From positions 51,088,001-51,152,000 of the forward strand of contig OZ024740.1 of assembly GCA_964016885.1 (NCBI GenBank): 64,000 nt of DNA, in the 5' to 3' direction. This DNA comes from Eledone cirrhosa. Its lineage: Eukaryota. Within the stretch, counting starts at the first letter, position 1. Each line of letters starts with the position of its first letter. The notes below the pieces were generated by a model. The model made no database searches and was not told the DNA's origin. It saw nothing but the letters and a program-made list of their open reading frames with translations. Positions 26,959 to 38,869 of this stretch are shown here, piece by piece. The translations under genes were made by a program, and so were the position numbers.

Positions 26959-28371
26959 TTTTAAACACTTAGAAACACTTAATTCAGTGATTTGACATTT
27001 TTGTTATTTCAACATATTCTTCTTGTAATGCTAAACTCCGCCAGTTGCAGACTGCGCATCAACATGTGATATCTCTCTCCACAAAGTTCGATCACCAGCA
27101 GCAGAGTTTAAAGAGCAAAGAGCGGCTCAGCGACCGTATCTGTATCAGTGAGCTGCTCAACATTACCAAACTTAGACCAATTACATCAACATATTACTGA
27201 TCTGAAACAATTACTAATTCTGAGACATATATGACTTGTGCTGCAATAAGAATAGAAAGAAATACACCATCTTCATGTAAATCTACAAGCAAATTCATTC
27301 TATTTTGAGCATCAGATATCTGTAGTCTGACAATAACAAACAACCTCTTTAGTGTTGGTGCTACAAAAATGCACCTGGTATGCCCTGTAAGGTGGTTGAC
27401 AATAGGAAGGGTACCTTGCTGTAGGAACCCTGCCAAAACGTTTGAGAGAACCCTTCAGTTGTGTCAACAGTGCAACAACCTCTCTAGTGTTGGTGATGAT
27501 GATGATGATGATCATCATCTTCGTTTAACATTCACTTTCCACGCTAGCATGGGTTCTACATGATAAATACATCCAATACATACTGTATTGTGTACTGTGG
27601 TTGATGATAGATAGGGCATCCAGCCATATAAAGCTTAACAAACAAAAGGTTGGGAGGACCCTTCACTTGTGTCTAGGACTTGACAACCTCCCTAGTGTTG
27701 GTGATCTCTATAATAAATAGTGTAAAGAGGTTGGTAATAGGAAAGGCATCCATCCATAAAAAGCTTGCTAAAAAAGGTCATGAGAACCCTTCAGTTGTGT
27801 CAAAAACTTGACAGCTTCTCTGGTGCTGATACCATGTTAAAATGCACTCAATAGAACATGGGGCTGTATATACATGAGATGCAGACTCTGACCCGTGTGG
27901 GAGATCAGTAGCAACACCAGTACTGAGTTGGTCTGTAGAGACTAGTCCAACTCTAGCTAGCAGGGAAAGTAGAAGTTAAACGATGAGGATGATGATGATG
28001 ATGAAAAAATGACAATCCAACTGGCAGTAAGTCCAGATTCAGTAAATTGTAGCTATTGTCTTCTGAAGCTCTCTGTCTTCTGTAAGAACTGAACAGTGTC
28101 TCTTACTTACTGAATCACTACAAGACTTTCTTCAGTGAGTCTAGCAAACAATTTGTTGTCTACAAGCCTTGATATATCATTTGTTTGTTTATTTGTTTGA
28201 GTCAGTTGACTGCAGCTATGCTGAGGCTTATTTTTTCAAGTATGGAACTTATTTTATAAATCTCATTTTTGTTAGCTTGCTAAGTCAGAGTCACACACAG
28301 TTGCTACCTCTCTCTGAAAACCTCACATACCTTATTCTAAAAGCATAAAAGCGACATTAAAAAACACTTAC

Positions 28372-28510
28372 ATCTACATATTCTTTAGCAAGGGATGTTT
28401 TCTGGACTGCATGGACTTCATCTCCTGTTGCAGATACAACTGGTTTTAGTTCTGTTGGACGAAGTTCTGATAATGGGGTTACTTTTGGTTTCCAGATAGA
28501 TACAGCACCT
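28372..28510 (-). CDS. PDLIM-family gene, post-PDZ linker exon
   Basis: Acceptor cttattttag, donor GTAAGT; 139 nt, phase 2 to phase 0. Joins the PDZ exon in frame (AG+A=R): RGAVSIWKPKVTPLSELRPTELKPVVSATGDEVHAVQKTSLAKEYVD. Confidence 0.88.
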
Positions 28511-29511
28511 CTAAAATAAGAATTGTATTAATAGAGACAATTAATTCTCTCTTTTTTTTTTTCTTCTTTTATTTAGACAGTGTATTTAAGACAGCATTAT
28601 ACAATATGTTCCTTCCTTTTAAAGATAGAGTGTAATTTGAAGGAAATCTGGCTGCTATTTCCAGTAATTTGAACAAACATATACCAAGCACTATTGGCCA
28701 GTTGTTGTTGTCTAGTTTGAGATCAACTCTAATCGAGTGCACCAACGGCATATAGAAGATCAGTATAAGAATTTAGAGCAAACCATATCTACATATATAT
28801 ATTATTCCCATCTAAGATCAACTCCAGTATTTGACAGGTATTTTATTTTATCAACCCTAGGAAGATAAAAGGCAAAGTTGACCTCAGAAGGATTTGAATT
28901 AACTACAAATATTGTGTTTGACATGATCATGACAATTTGTCAGTAATTTGATCTTAAATACAAAATATTTTCAGTGTTGGTAGCACAGTAGGTAACATGA
29001 CAGGTAATATACAGTTTATTAACATCTTCAGTATAAATTAATGATTTTATACTTAGGAATAAAGCCTAAAGACTAAAATCTTTTTCCAACAAGCTAATGC
29101 ATATGTATGCATGTGTGTATGTGCGTAAACATACATTTATACATATGAGTATCCATGCTAGCATGGAAGATAGACGTTAAACGATGATGATGATGATGAT
29201 GAAATGCGCAAACACAGACGCACTTACAAAAATACAGACATACATTCACACAAATGTACATACATTTACACAAACACACACATATACTCACACACAGCAT
29301 AACAAATAGAACACCAGCCGCTGTTTTGCTATAGTTTTTTCACCATCTCCTTCCTTCCTTTTACACACACAAACACATTCACACAAACAAATACACACAT
29401 TGTGTGACAGACGGAAGTCGCTTAAATTTATATATAGAAGGGCATCAACAAGTATTTTACTAGTATTTATTTTAAGATCAGAAGGATAAGCAAAGATGAC
29501 CTCAACAGGAT

Positions 29512-29933
29512 TTAACCCTTTAGTATTTACATTACTCTCTCTATATATTATTATATTTTCATGGTAAACACTTTATCTCACATAATATCAAATCAATGAG
29601 ATTTTGATATTATTTATTTTGAGAATACCATAACCCTTTAGCATTTAAACTGGCCATATCCGGCCAGAATTCTCTCACCTCTTTCAGTTCAAACTGGCCA
29701 CTCATGCTGATGTTAAGGTATTATTCTCAAAATAAATAATATCAAAATCTCGTAGATTTGATATTATGTGAGATAATATGTAAGATAAAGCCTTTACCAC
29801 AAAAATACAATAGTAAATATAGAGTAATGTAAAATGTTAACATCAGTATGAGTGGCCAATTACGGCTGGTTTGAACAGAAAGAGGTGAGAGAATTCTGGT
29901 CGGTTATGGCCGGTTTAAATGCTAAAGGGTTAA
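29512..29933. mobile_element. piggyBac-like MITE with a nested copy of the same family
   Basis: TTAA-CCCTTTAG...CTAAAGGG-TTAA ends; inner opposite-orientation copy at about 29630-29840. Confidence 0.75.
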
Positions 29934-30088
29934 ACAGTTTGTCGTTGTTATCTGAATCCCTTTTATATCCTTCAAACTGAATGCTTAATATTCACAAAAT
30001 GTAAGATGCACAGGATATATATATATATATATATAAATATATATAGTGAAAGAGTGAAGAATAACAGTCGGCTGTACAAAAAGGGTTT

Positions 30089-30206
30089 TATTTACAGTAT
30101 TAACAACTGTTTCATTGATCAGGTGAGTCTAAAGGCCCCTAATCACTTGAAATTGCGTCATTCGACCTTAAATACAGTGTGTGTCTCTGATCAAATCATC
30201 GGAATA
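30089..30206 (-). ncRNA. type I hammerhead motif with extended loop II (family C)
   Basis: TATT-CCGATGA-tTTGATCAG[64 nt]CTGATCAAt-GAA-ACAGT.tgttaat.ACTGT-A-AATA, with AATAAA directly after the cut site; U4C core variant; element lies next to (TA)n. Confidence 0.62.
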
Positions 30207-30421
30207 CTGGAGGGTGTAACATATGGCATTGGTATTTATAGATACATCAGAGAATCAAGTGAATGAAAACAATAACATCAATAATAAAAGATAATAATAA
30301 AGAAGTAAAAATGAAAACGATAAAGATGTAAAAAATAAATACAAAATAAGTACAAAATACAGTTGTGATGGTAGTTGAAGTTGTAATGGTGAGTAAGTGG
30401 ATGTGTAAAATAGTGATGACA

Positions 30422-30468
<47 letters not shown>

Positions 30469-31789
30469 TCATCATCATCATCATCGTTTAATGTCTATTT
30501 TCCACGCTAGCATGGGTTAGACGGAAGTTGTCCCACTTGAGGCAAGGTTGGTCGGGTGACCATGTCTCCCTCGTATAGGACTATCTGGAAGGTTTTCTAC
30601 GGCTGGATTCCCTTCCTAACACCAACCACATTTACAGTGTGGACTGGGAACTTTTTACCGTGTTACCTACACAACCACATTACGTGGACTGTGTGTTTTG
30701 TTTTTTTTGTGGTGACACCTATTATCTCATTATCTCATTAATTTGGACTGGATGATATATATATATATTAACATTCCATTGATGTTTAGCATAACATCAA
30801 TAGGTAATTACATAACATAATTAGGCATCACTTGAACCGAATTGCCACTGTTGACAGCGTAATTAGTAGAACACTCCTCATTAAGTTCTTCTCCTTAAAT
30901 AGTTAAATAATCTAACAGTGCTATCACTCGACACCATAAATTTACATAAATACATACATAGTACATATACATTTACATATATGCACATACATATGCATAT
31001 GTTCCTACATACATAAACATACATATATACACACACACACATGTATGCATGTATACACACACACACATAAATGCATACATATATGATGGCTGCATCTCGA
31101 TTTCCAGAATTGCCACCACCTGATCCCCTTCTCACACATGGGTGGCACGAATATGACTTTTTAGCCCTGCCAAGGACTTACATTCCCTTCTGCATATACT
31201 GCAATAATGAACATTACTTCCACTTTGGTTCCCTGTTTTATTTTAGTGAGCTTTCAAATGATGTTGGGATCCGCTAACCAAAGCACTTTGTTTTCCACTT
31301 TTCCAACAGGAAGAAATGCTAAAGAGACCATAAACAGCAACATTTTATGATGACTTCTATGACCAGCTTTACTGAGGCAAATCTGGCTACACACATTTGA
31401 TATAAAGTCATTTTGAGCATCTGAAATTTTTCATGCTCCACACAAGATTTTTCAAATTCTTGTTTTCCTCTAAGATGATTTATATAAAACAATGTCTTTC
31501 CAATTATCTTCTCTGATTTTTTTATTTTATCAAAGTTCTTTTGATGCAGTTTTATACATGAGTTTTGGTTTATGACTTGGCCATTTGCCTTTGACTAAAA
31601 GTACAGTAACTGCTTGAGAAATATGATGATTTGACATTCCTACAACTTTGCTGCTATATTGAATTATGAGAGATTCAACTTTCAAAATGACTTCCTTCCA
31701 ACTCTTCAACATCACTCATATGTTGAGTACAGATACTCAGTAATACTGAGTATTCAGTAAAAATACTGTTGATGAAAATATTCAAGTAT

Positions 31790-32715
31790 TTTTATATTTC
31801 GGTGGTAGGTGATCCAAGTTTCACATGTATACAGCAAAGACAACAATACACATGTTGTATACACTTTTAATTTTGTATCAATGGAAATCCCATGATGACA
31901 CCAGAGGTGCCCATTTAATTTACCAAAAGAATCACTTGCTTTTTTTAATCATAACAAGATTTGATCATCAAGGCTGTTTGTCATGTTAACTGTGCTGCCT
32001 AAATACACAAATTTATCCTCCACCCTAAATGTTTAGACCAGGCTCAGTGAAATCCTTGCCTGGAGCACGTTGATATATGACAACTGTCTTGGCTAGACAT
32101 TGTCAGACCCAACGTGCTTTCAGCCTCCGACAAAGAATCCATTAGGTGCTGCATGTCACTCTCAGAGTGAGCAACAAGATCACAATCATTAGCATACAAA
32201 AATTCACATATTAAAGAAGTGAACACCTTTGTTTTGGTAGCAAACCAACTGATGTTAAACAACTTACCTAGTAAACGATATTTGATATAGATTCCATGTG
32301 TGCAGTCTTCAAATGCCTTAAGGAAAACCATAGAGAAATACAATGCAGAGTAGGTGCAGGTATATCTCCTTGTTTTACCACATTTTCAACAAAATGTCAG
32401 TTATGAGTAAAGTCTTGTATAAGATCATGCTGGACAGATTGTTTGATAACATCACTGGCAATGTTTTTCCTGAGTCACAGTGTGGCTTTAAAAATGGCTG
32501 ACGGACAACAGACATGATCATCTCTGTGAGACAATTACAAGAAAAGTGGATTGAACCAAGAATAGATTTCTACCACATATTTGTTGACTTGACAAAGGCT
32601 TTAGATACAGTGAATACAACTGCCTAATAGAAGATTATAACTAAGCCCAGTTGTCCTGACAAGTTTATATCAGTTGAGTTTTCCTGATGGTATGTAAGTT
32701 TGTGTTAGTATAGAT
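31790..32715. mobile_element. BovB/RTE-like RT fragment with internal inversion
   Basis: Minus 31790-32390 encodes EFLYANDCDLVAHSESDMQHLMDSL; plus 32400-32715 encodes the upstream RT part ESQCGF...VRQLQEK...FVDLTKA. Confidence 0.75.
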
Positions 32716-34513
32716 GGACACACACACACACAATTATATGGATATAAAAAAGGAGAAAGGAAAGTCCTTGCTGGAGTTCTTTTAATTATTTCTATACTGG
32801 AAGATTATAGTCAAAGCTAAGAAGATGATAGTCAAAGTGCTGAGTGTATCCAAGAGTCAAAAGTTTCTGTCACACAGTCACCACCACTGCACAGTTATTG
32901 CACTTAATTCTCTACTCCTTTTTTCACTTAGCAGTCAACTAATACAATGTATTTTTGCCCACCAAAAATCCAGATGTGATTCTTCCTCATTCCTTGAGAA
33001 AGAACACGTGACCCCTGCTGCTATAGTTGATACTATAGTATTAGCAGCAGAGACATTACATTGAGCAGTTGGCACACAGAACAAAACCCCTTGTTGATAA
33101 AGTGTTTCCGCATTCAATCTTGATACAGTACACACTTGCGCATTGCATAATTTGGAGTGTTAATTTAGGATTCACAGAAACCAATCGAATATATTTTATA
33201 ATATCTATCGACTAGGGCAGGTGCATATTAACCTGTTTGTATTTTTGTTGTTGTAGCAGAAGTTGTGGCATTCTTTTACCTAGCCACAGTTTTCAATTTG
33301 TCACACCATAACGTATGTTTATTACTCTAAGATTTGATTTATCAATATCATCTTATTAAGTGCTTGTCAAAAGCACCTGAGAATTGTCCCTTCAAGAGAT
33401 GCTGCATTAGCTGCAATTTCAATTTTACACACGATCATATATATATATGTGTGTGTGTATATAATTAGAAATAGAAGCTTTCGCCATGTTCATACATGTG
33501 CATCAATACTCATCTTTCCCATTTCTTAGAGGGTTCTAAACCCCACTATCAGGCTAAAATTTCTTTAGTAAAAAAATACAGCGAAAGCTTCTATTTTTTA
33601 TTTCAAACTTGCTCGCTGTTTCAAAACATACTTACTTGTCATTTATATATATATATACTTACAACTAACAGTTTGCTACAAGAGTACTGTATTTACTTAT
33701 TATCTCATGTATGAGTAAAGTCAACAAGGAAAAACCACAATAAAGAGCTATAGAGTATAATGATGATATATATTAGTTTATAGATTATTTATTATCAAGT
33801 GTTTTTGTTAGCTTAGCCCTTTGATATTAAACTGCCTGAAGCCACCCTGGATTTGTGATACAAAACTGCTCATTTTAAAAGGTTTATCCGTATATCAAAA
33901 CCTTACATCATAATTTTATTTTAGAAACTTATGTTCAGCAATGCTCTAAATATCAACTTAGTTATTTTTGAAATTCTGCCAAATTTTGTCTATTTTCAAA
34001 TTAATTGAAACACATAGGTAGTGTTTTTCATTAGATATGTGATAATGAAAGAGTTAGAGTGCTAAAATGAATGTCTCTTATGATCCTAGCTGACTTGCCT
34101 GGTAGATAAACTGAATGAAAGCCAAACTTTCAGTGTTGTCATCAACTTCATCACCACCCATACACACAACAACTTATGAGTTATGGAACTCACCAATCAT
34201 CAAGAGCCCACTAGCAGACTGGAGATAACCTTAGTGGTGGTCTTAATTAAATTATAGATTAATTTAAGGAATTGTTGTAGATTAATATAGAAGGAAAACA
34301 GTAAAAAACGATGTTGTTGCAAAGAGATGTATTTAAGAGAGAGATTAACTAAAAGCAATATTTAGTATGAAGTTTAGTGGAAGGTGAGGCAGATTATGGG
34401 AAACAGGAAAAGCAAGAGTGGATTCATCAAATATGCTTAAATGTGAAAGGTTAGCAAAGAGTTTGCAAGAAGATCAGAGGGGAAGTGGTAGTTGGGAGAT
34501 GGAGTGATATATA

Positions 34514-34551
<38 letters not shown>

Positions 34552-34634
34552 ATAATAATAAATTTGAAGACTAAAATCCAAAGAGGGCTCGATAAGGATA
34601 AATATATATCAAATATATAAAAACCGTAGAGCAA

Positions 34635-34762
34635 ATATTTATTAAAATAACAGATTAAAGTTTAGCAAAGAATCGCTGCTTTCACCCTTAACGGGATCTT
34701 CAGAAGATCCCGTGAAGGGTGAAAGCAGCGATTCTCTGCTTAAACTTTAATCTGTTATTTTA

Positions 34763-34770
<8 letters not shown>
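34635..34770. ncRNA. palindromic double hammerhead motif (family B)
   Basis: Near-perfect palindrome centred on 34702. Minus: CTGAAGA-tCCC.gttaa.GGGt-GAA-AGCA...TGCT-A. Plus: cAGAAGA-tCCC.gtgaa.GGGt-GAA-AGCAG.cgattct.CTGCT-T. The 5' strand of stem I is lost at the inversion junction. Confidence 0.65.
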
Positions 34771-34804
<34 letters not shown>

Positions 34805-34808
<4 letters not shown>

Positions 34809-34985
34809 GAGCTTCTACAGGACTAGAACTGTAGGACTAGAACTGTTTCATTCGAATGAAATCATCAGGTATGAAATAGTTCTAGACCTATATAAAATAA
34901 ATATTCCTATACTCTACCAATGTATTGAGTACCTTTTTTAACTGTTGTCATCTGATACCCATTGGGAATCCACCCATAATTATAT
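34805..34985. mobile_element. family A hammerhead element, rearranged copy
   Basis: Minus strand CTGATGA(34868-34862)tttcattcgaatGAAACAGttctagtc with a 14-nt tandem duplication (34819-34846); family tail on plus strand. Confidence 0.65.
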
Positions 34986-34994
34986 AAATGGATA

Positions 34995-36927
34995 GATAAG
35001 GTAAGTTAGTTAGAGTAAGCGACAGAATTATCAAACTGAGAATAGTCACAGGCTAATAATAATTATCTCAAGCTATCACCACAAGAAACAAAAGGACTGC
35101 TTCTATGAACAACTTTCACAGACAACCTTTGTTACAAATGACAGAGACCTCATCATGTTAGCTGGTGACTTCAATGGGCATGTTGGACAGTACCAGAATA
35201 GATACACTAGAGTACACAATGGATATGGTTATGCTGATTCAAATGAACTATTTGCATCACTAATTTCAAGAAACCAACCAACAACCTGGTCACTTATCAA
35301 TCAGGTGAACATACAAGCCAGATTGATTTTGTAATTGTTAGAAAATGTGACAGGCTGATAATTTTGAAAATTAAGTTCATCATTAAGTGCACCACACAAT
35401 ATAAATTAGTTATTAGTCACATCAGAATAAGCTTTAGTCCAACCAGACAAAGGGTGTTTTGACAGTGGAACAACACTATGGATAGAGCTGTTAAAGAAAA
35501 TAGGCTGGCATGAAAAGACTGGAGAAAGGGGGGACAGTAAAGATTGTTATCATGTAGTAGCTAAAAGAGAAGCTAGATAACAGGTATACATAACTTGCAG
35601 AAAAGCTGAAATTGGGAGGTTTACCAGTGTCTTGTGATGTGAGGATCAGATATGTAAGATGTTCCTTATCACTAAATAGTGTATCCATGATAACCATAAC
35701 CAGGACGTTGTTGGAGAAAAGTGTGTATGGAATGATACTGGCACACTCAGCATCATGGAAACCTAAAGAATGAGTTCTGGAAATGCTGCTACGAGAGACT
35801 AATGATTGTGGAGAATGGATGCGAGGAAGAGAGACTACCTCTAGCTGACACAACAAAGGAAACAGCTAAGGGAAGTAGGAGTTAAACTAGTCACCCATAT
35901 AATCAATCAAGTAATACAAGATGGAGTCATACTCAATGACTGATGTAGTAGTATACTCATCAATTGCTACAAGGGAACGGGTGATGTGCTAGAAAGGAGC
36001 AATTACAAGTGATGAAAGTGACAGAAAGAGTCTTAGCATAATTAATTAGGCAAACAGTCAAATTAGATGAGATGCAGTTCAGCTTTGTGCCAGGAAGAAA
36101 TATTACACAAGGCCTACAAGGGAAGTTCCTGGCTAAGAATAAACCACTATATTTAGCTGCCGTTGACCTAGAGAAGGCTTTTGATAGAGTACCTCAATCT
36201 CTCATTTGGTGGTCTTTAAGGAAACTAGGCATATAAAAATGACTTGTAAAAGAGCAGTGCAAGTCATGTACAGAGAAGCTGTTAGTAAGGTGAGAGTAGG
36301 CAATGAGTTTAGTAAGAAGTCAATGTGCAAGTAGGTGTACATCAGGGCTCCATCATCAGCTCACTCCTGAAGGCCGTAACAGAGGAGTTTAAGGCAGATT
36401 GCCCATAAAAATTCCTGTATGCTGACGACTTGAATCTAATAGCCAAATTTGAGGAAGAAACAGAACTTAGAATCAAAAGGGCTTAAAGTAAACTTGAGAG
36501 AAACTAAAATTCTGGTAAGCAGGAAAGTGTCCCTGCTCAATAAATAGACAAGAAGAAAGTAGTAACTCTATCCGTTGTACACAATATAAATCTTGGGTAC
36601 ACAGGAGGTGTAGTGGTATAGTAGGCAGACTAACAGAAAAGGTAAATTTTGTATGCAACAGGGATAGTTAACAGTAAAATCACAAGTAAAATAAATGTTT
36701 TCCAAGGTGATAAAATTAGTTGTGGAGGAGGCTGCACAGAGAGCATAATAGCTAGAGTAATAACAGGATGGAAAAAGTTGAGGGAGCTACTACCTCTGTA
36801 GACAGCAAAAGGTTTATCTCTATGAAAGAAAGGCTGGCTGTATGATGCATGTATACAAAGTGCAATGTTGCATGGTAGTGAAGCATGGGCAGTGAATGTA
36901 GATGATATTCAAAGGATTGAGAGAAAT
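34995..36927 (+). mobile_element. RTE-clade LINE, old degenerate copy
   Basis: Residual motifs AGDFNGHVG, SQIDF, LDEMQF, DLEKAFDRVP, LYADDL, LHGSEAW; many stops. Confidence 0.88.
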
Positions 36928-37060
36928 CAGGAATGAAACAGTTCTAGTCCTGTAGAAGTCGTTTCTATATAAAAATAAAGATGCCTATACTTTACCAACA
37001 TATTGAGTGCCTTTTTAGCTGTGATCATCTGATACCCTTCGGGAATCCACCCATAATTAT
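36928..37060 (+). mobile_element. family A hammerhead element, 5'-truncated copy
   Basis: gaatGAAACAGttctagtcCTGTAgaag followed by the family tail ending gggaatccacccataattatata; the CTGATGA half is missing. Confidence 0.65.
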
Positions 37061-38869
37061 ATATATATATAATTATCCCACCCTTGCAAGCAGGGAAAAG
37101 TGGACGTAAAATGATGATGATGATAGAAGAGGGGGGGGGGGGTAATACTAAGAATGCAAAATAGTGGAAGCATAGTGTTAAAAACTGAAATTTGCAGATC
37201 ATGCAGCATGTATTTTGGGGGATGCAGTCTAAGATTGCATATATGTATATGAAGATGGATACATTTTACAGATTGTGTAAACATTACTCTATTTGTACTT
37301 TGTAAAACACCAAAATAGCTGAAGTATTTTCTGATTCCCAAGAGGAAGAAACCTAGTCTTTGTGATGGAGCCTTAACAATGTGTAAAATAAGAGAGTTAT
37401 GAAAGACAAATAGGTATTGCACTTATAAAAATATTTAATAAGTTAGAACCGTGCCAATCCTATGAAATGAATGCAATGTTGAGGAGAAGGGTTAGTGAGA
37501 TTTCACTACTCTTGTTGGTAGATTAAGCGAACGATACAGGCCCACTCATTGGTCAATAAAGTGGGTTTGTTTGCAGAGATTGTGTTTATATATCTTTTTA
37601 ACTTTTTGGTACCAATCCACCTGAAACCACTCCTGATTTTATGATACTGCTCATTTTAAAGTGTTAAAATTATATCAAAACCTGCCACCATAATTTTATT
37701 TAAGAAACTTTTTGTTAATTGATATTTCAAACATCAGCTTAATAATTGTTTTATAGAATTCCTCCCAATTTTTTTATTATTTTCAAAATTAATTGAAACA
37801 ATAATGTGACAGTGTTAATAGTCTTGATGTCTGGCACAAGACTATAACATGTAAAGAGAGTGTATACTGAATTGAATTAACTTCAATATGTGTCTAATAG
37901 CTATTCTATCACTGAGTAAACCCAAGTGGGATTTGAACTGATAAGATTAGAGAACAGAACTAAACACCTACAAATGGAAACATATTAAAGGAAAGGTAAA
38001 AGATTTCTCTTTGCTACCGCTAGAACAAAAGGATGACGATAGTCATCTAAAACACATTGACTTTGCCTTTCATCCTTACGGGGTCGATAAAATAAAGTAC
38101 CAGTAATGAACTGTGTAATTGCTGGCCTTGTGCCTAAAGTAGAAACAATTATGAGGCTGTTTGCTTGCAAATGAATTGAATATAATTACATTATTATTAT
38201 TATTTGATATAAAACTCACGAATGCATAGAAAATAATGTTTTGTTTGAAGGCTACCACAATGGGAATTGGATGGTAAATATTAAAAATATGGTGATAACA
38301 ATGATGTTGCAATTCTGGGCAAGGTTTGTGAGTGTGTGGAAGGTCAGCAGATGTCCTTGTATGCAAGTCTCCTCTCTCTATGCCACCAATGTTGTTCAAG
38401 GGAAAGCTTGGTGCCAGTATTATCACAGATGAACTTAGAATGTCTCATAAGACTATAGAGCAGCACTTAGAAAGTTCCTCTTTTTTGTGTGTGTGTAGAA
38501 GACTAGCAGTCACCCTCACATGCAAGTTCTCTTCTTCCATACCACCAATATTGTTCAAGAGAAAAGCAAGGGCTGATACAACTTGACACAAATGACAGAT
38601 AAACAAATGAGATACACAAAGCATCATGTTGATGCTTTAAAATCCTTCCAATCCACTTCCATGGACATGTATTTTATTTATCAACCTAAAGAAGATGAAA
38701 ACAAAACTGATATGAACTCAGAACACAATGAGCCAGAGCTGTAACAACTTTGCCAATTTGTCATATTGAACTGTCTTCATGACCCTCCCAGGAACAAGTG
38801 GGCAAAGATCTTGAATAATGTATTTAGACAATTTACTAGATTCCTATAGATACTCACTGCCTTAAACAC

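Noticed and set aside
32760-33420. Coding-like stretch, possible decayed transposon
   Set aside because: Stops in all frames and no motif I could assign.
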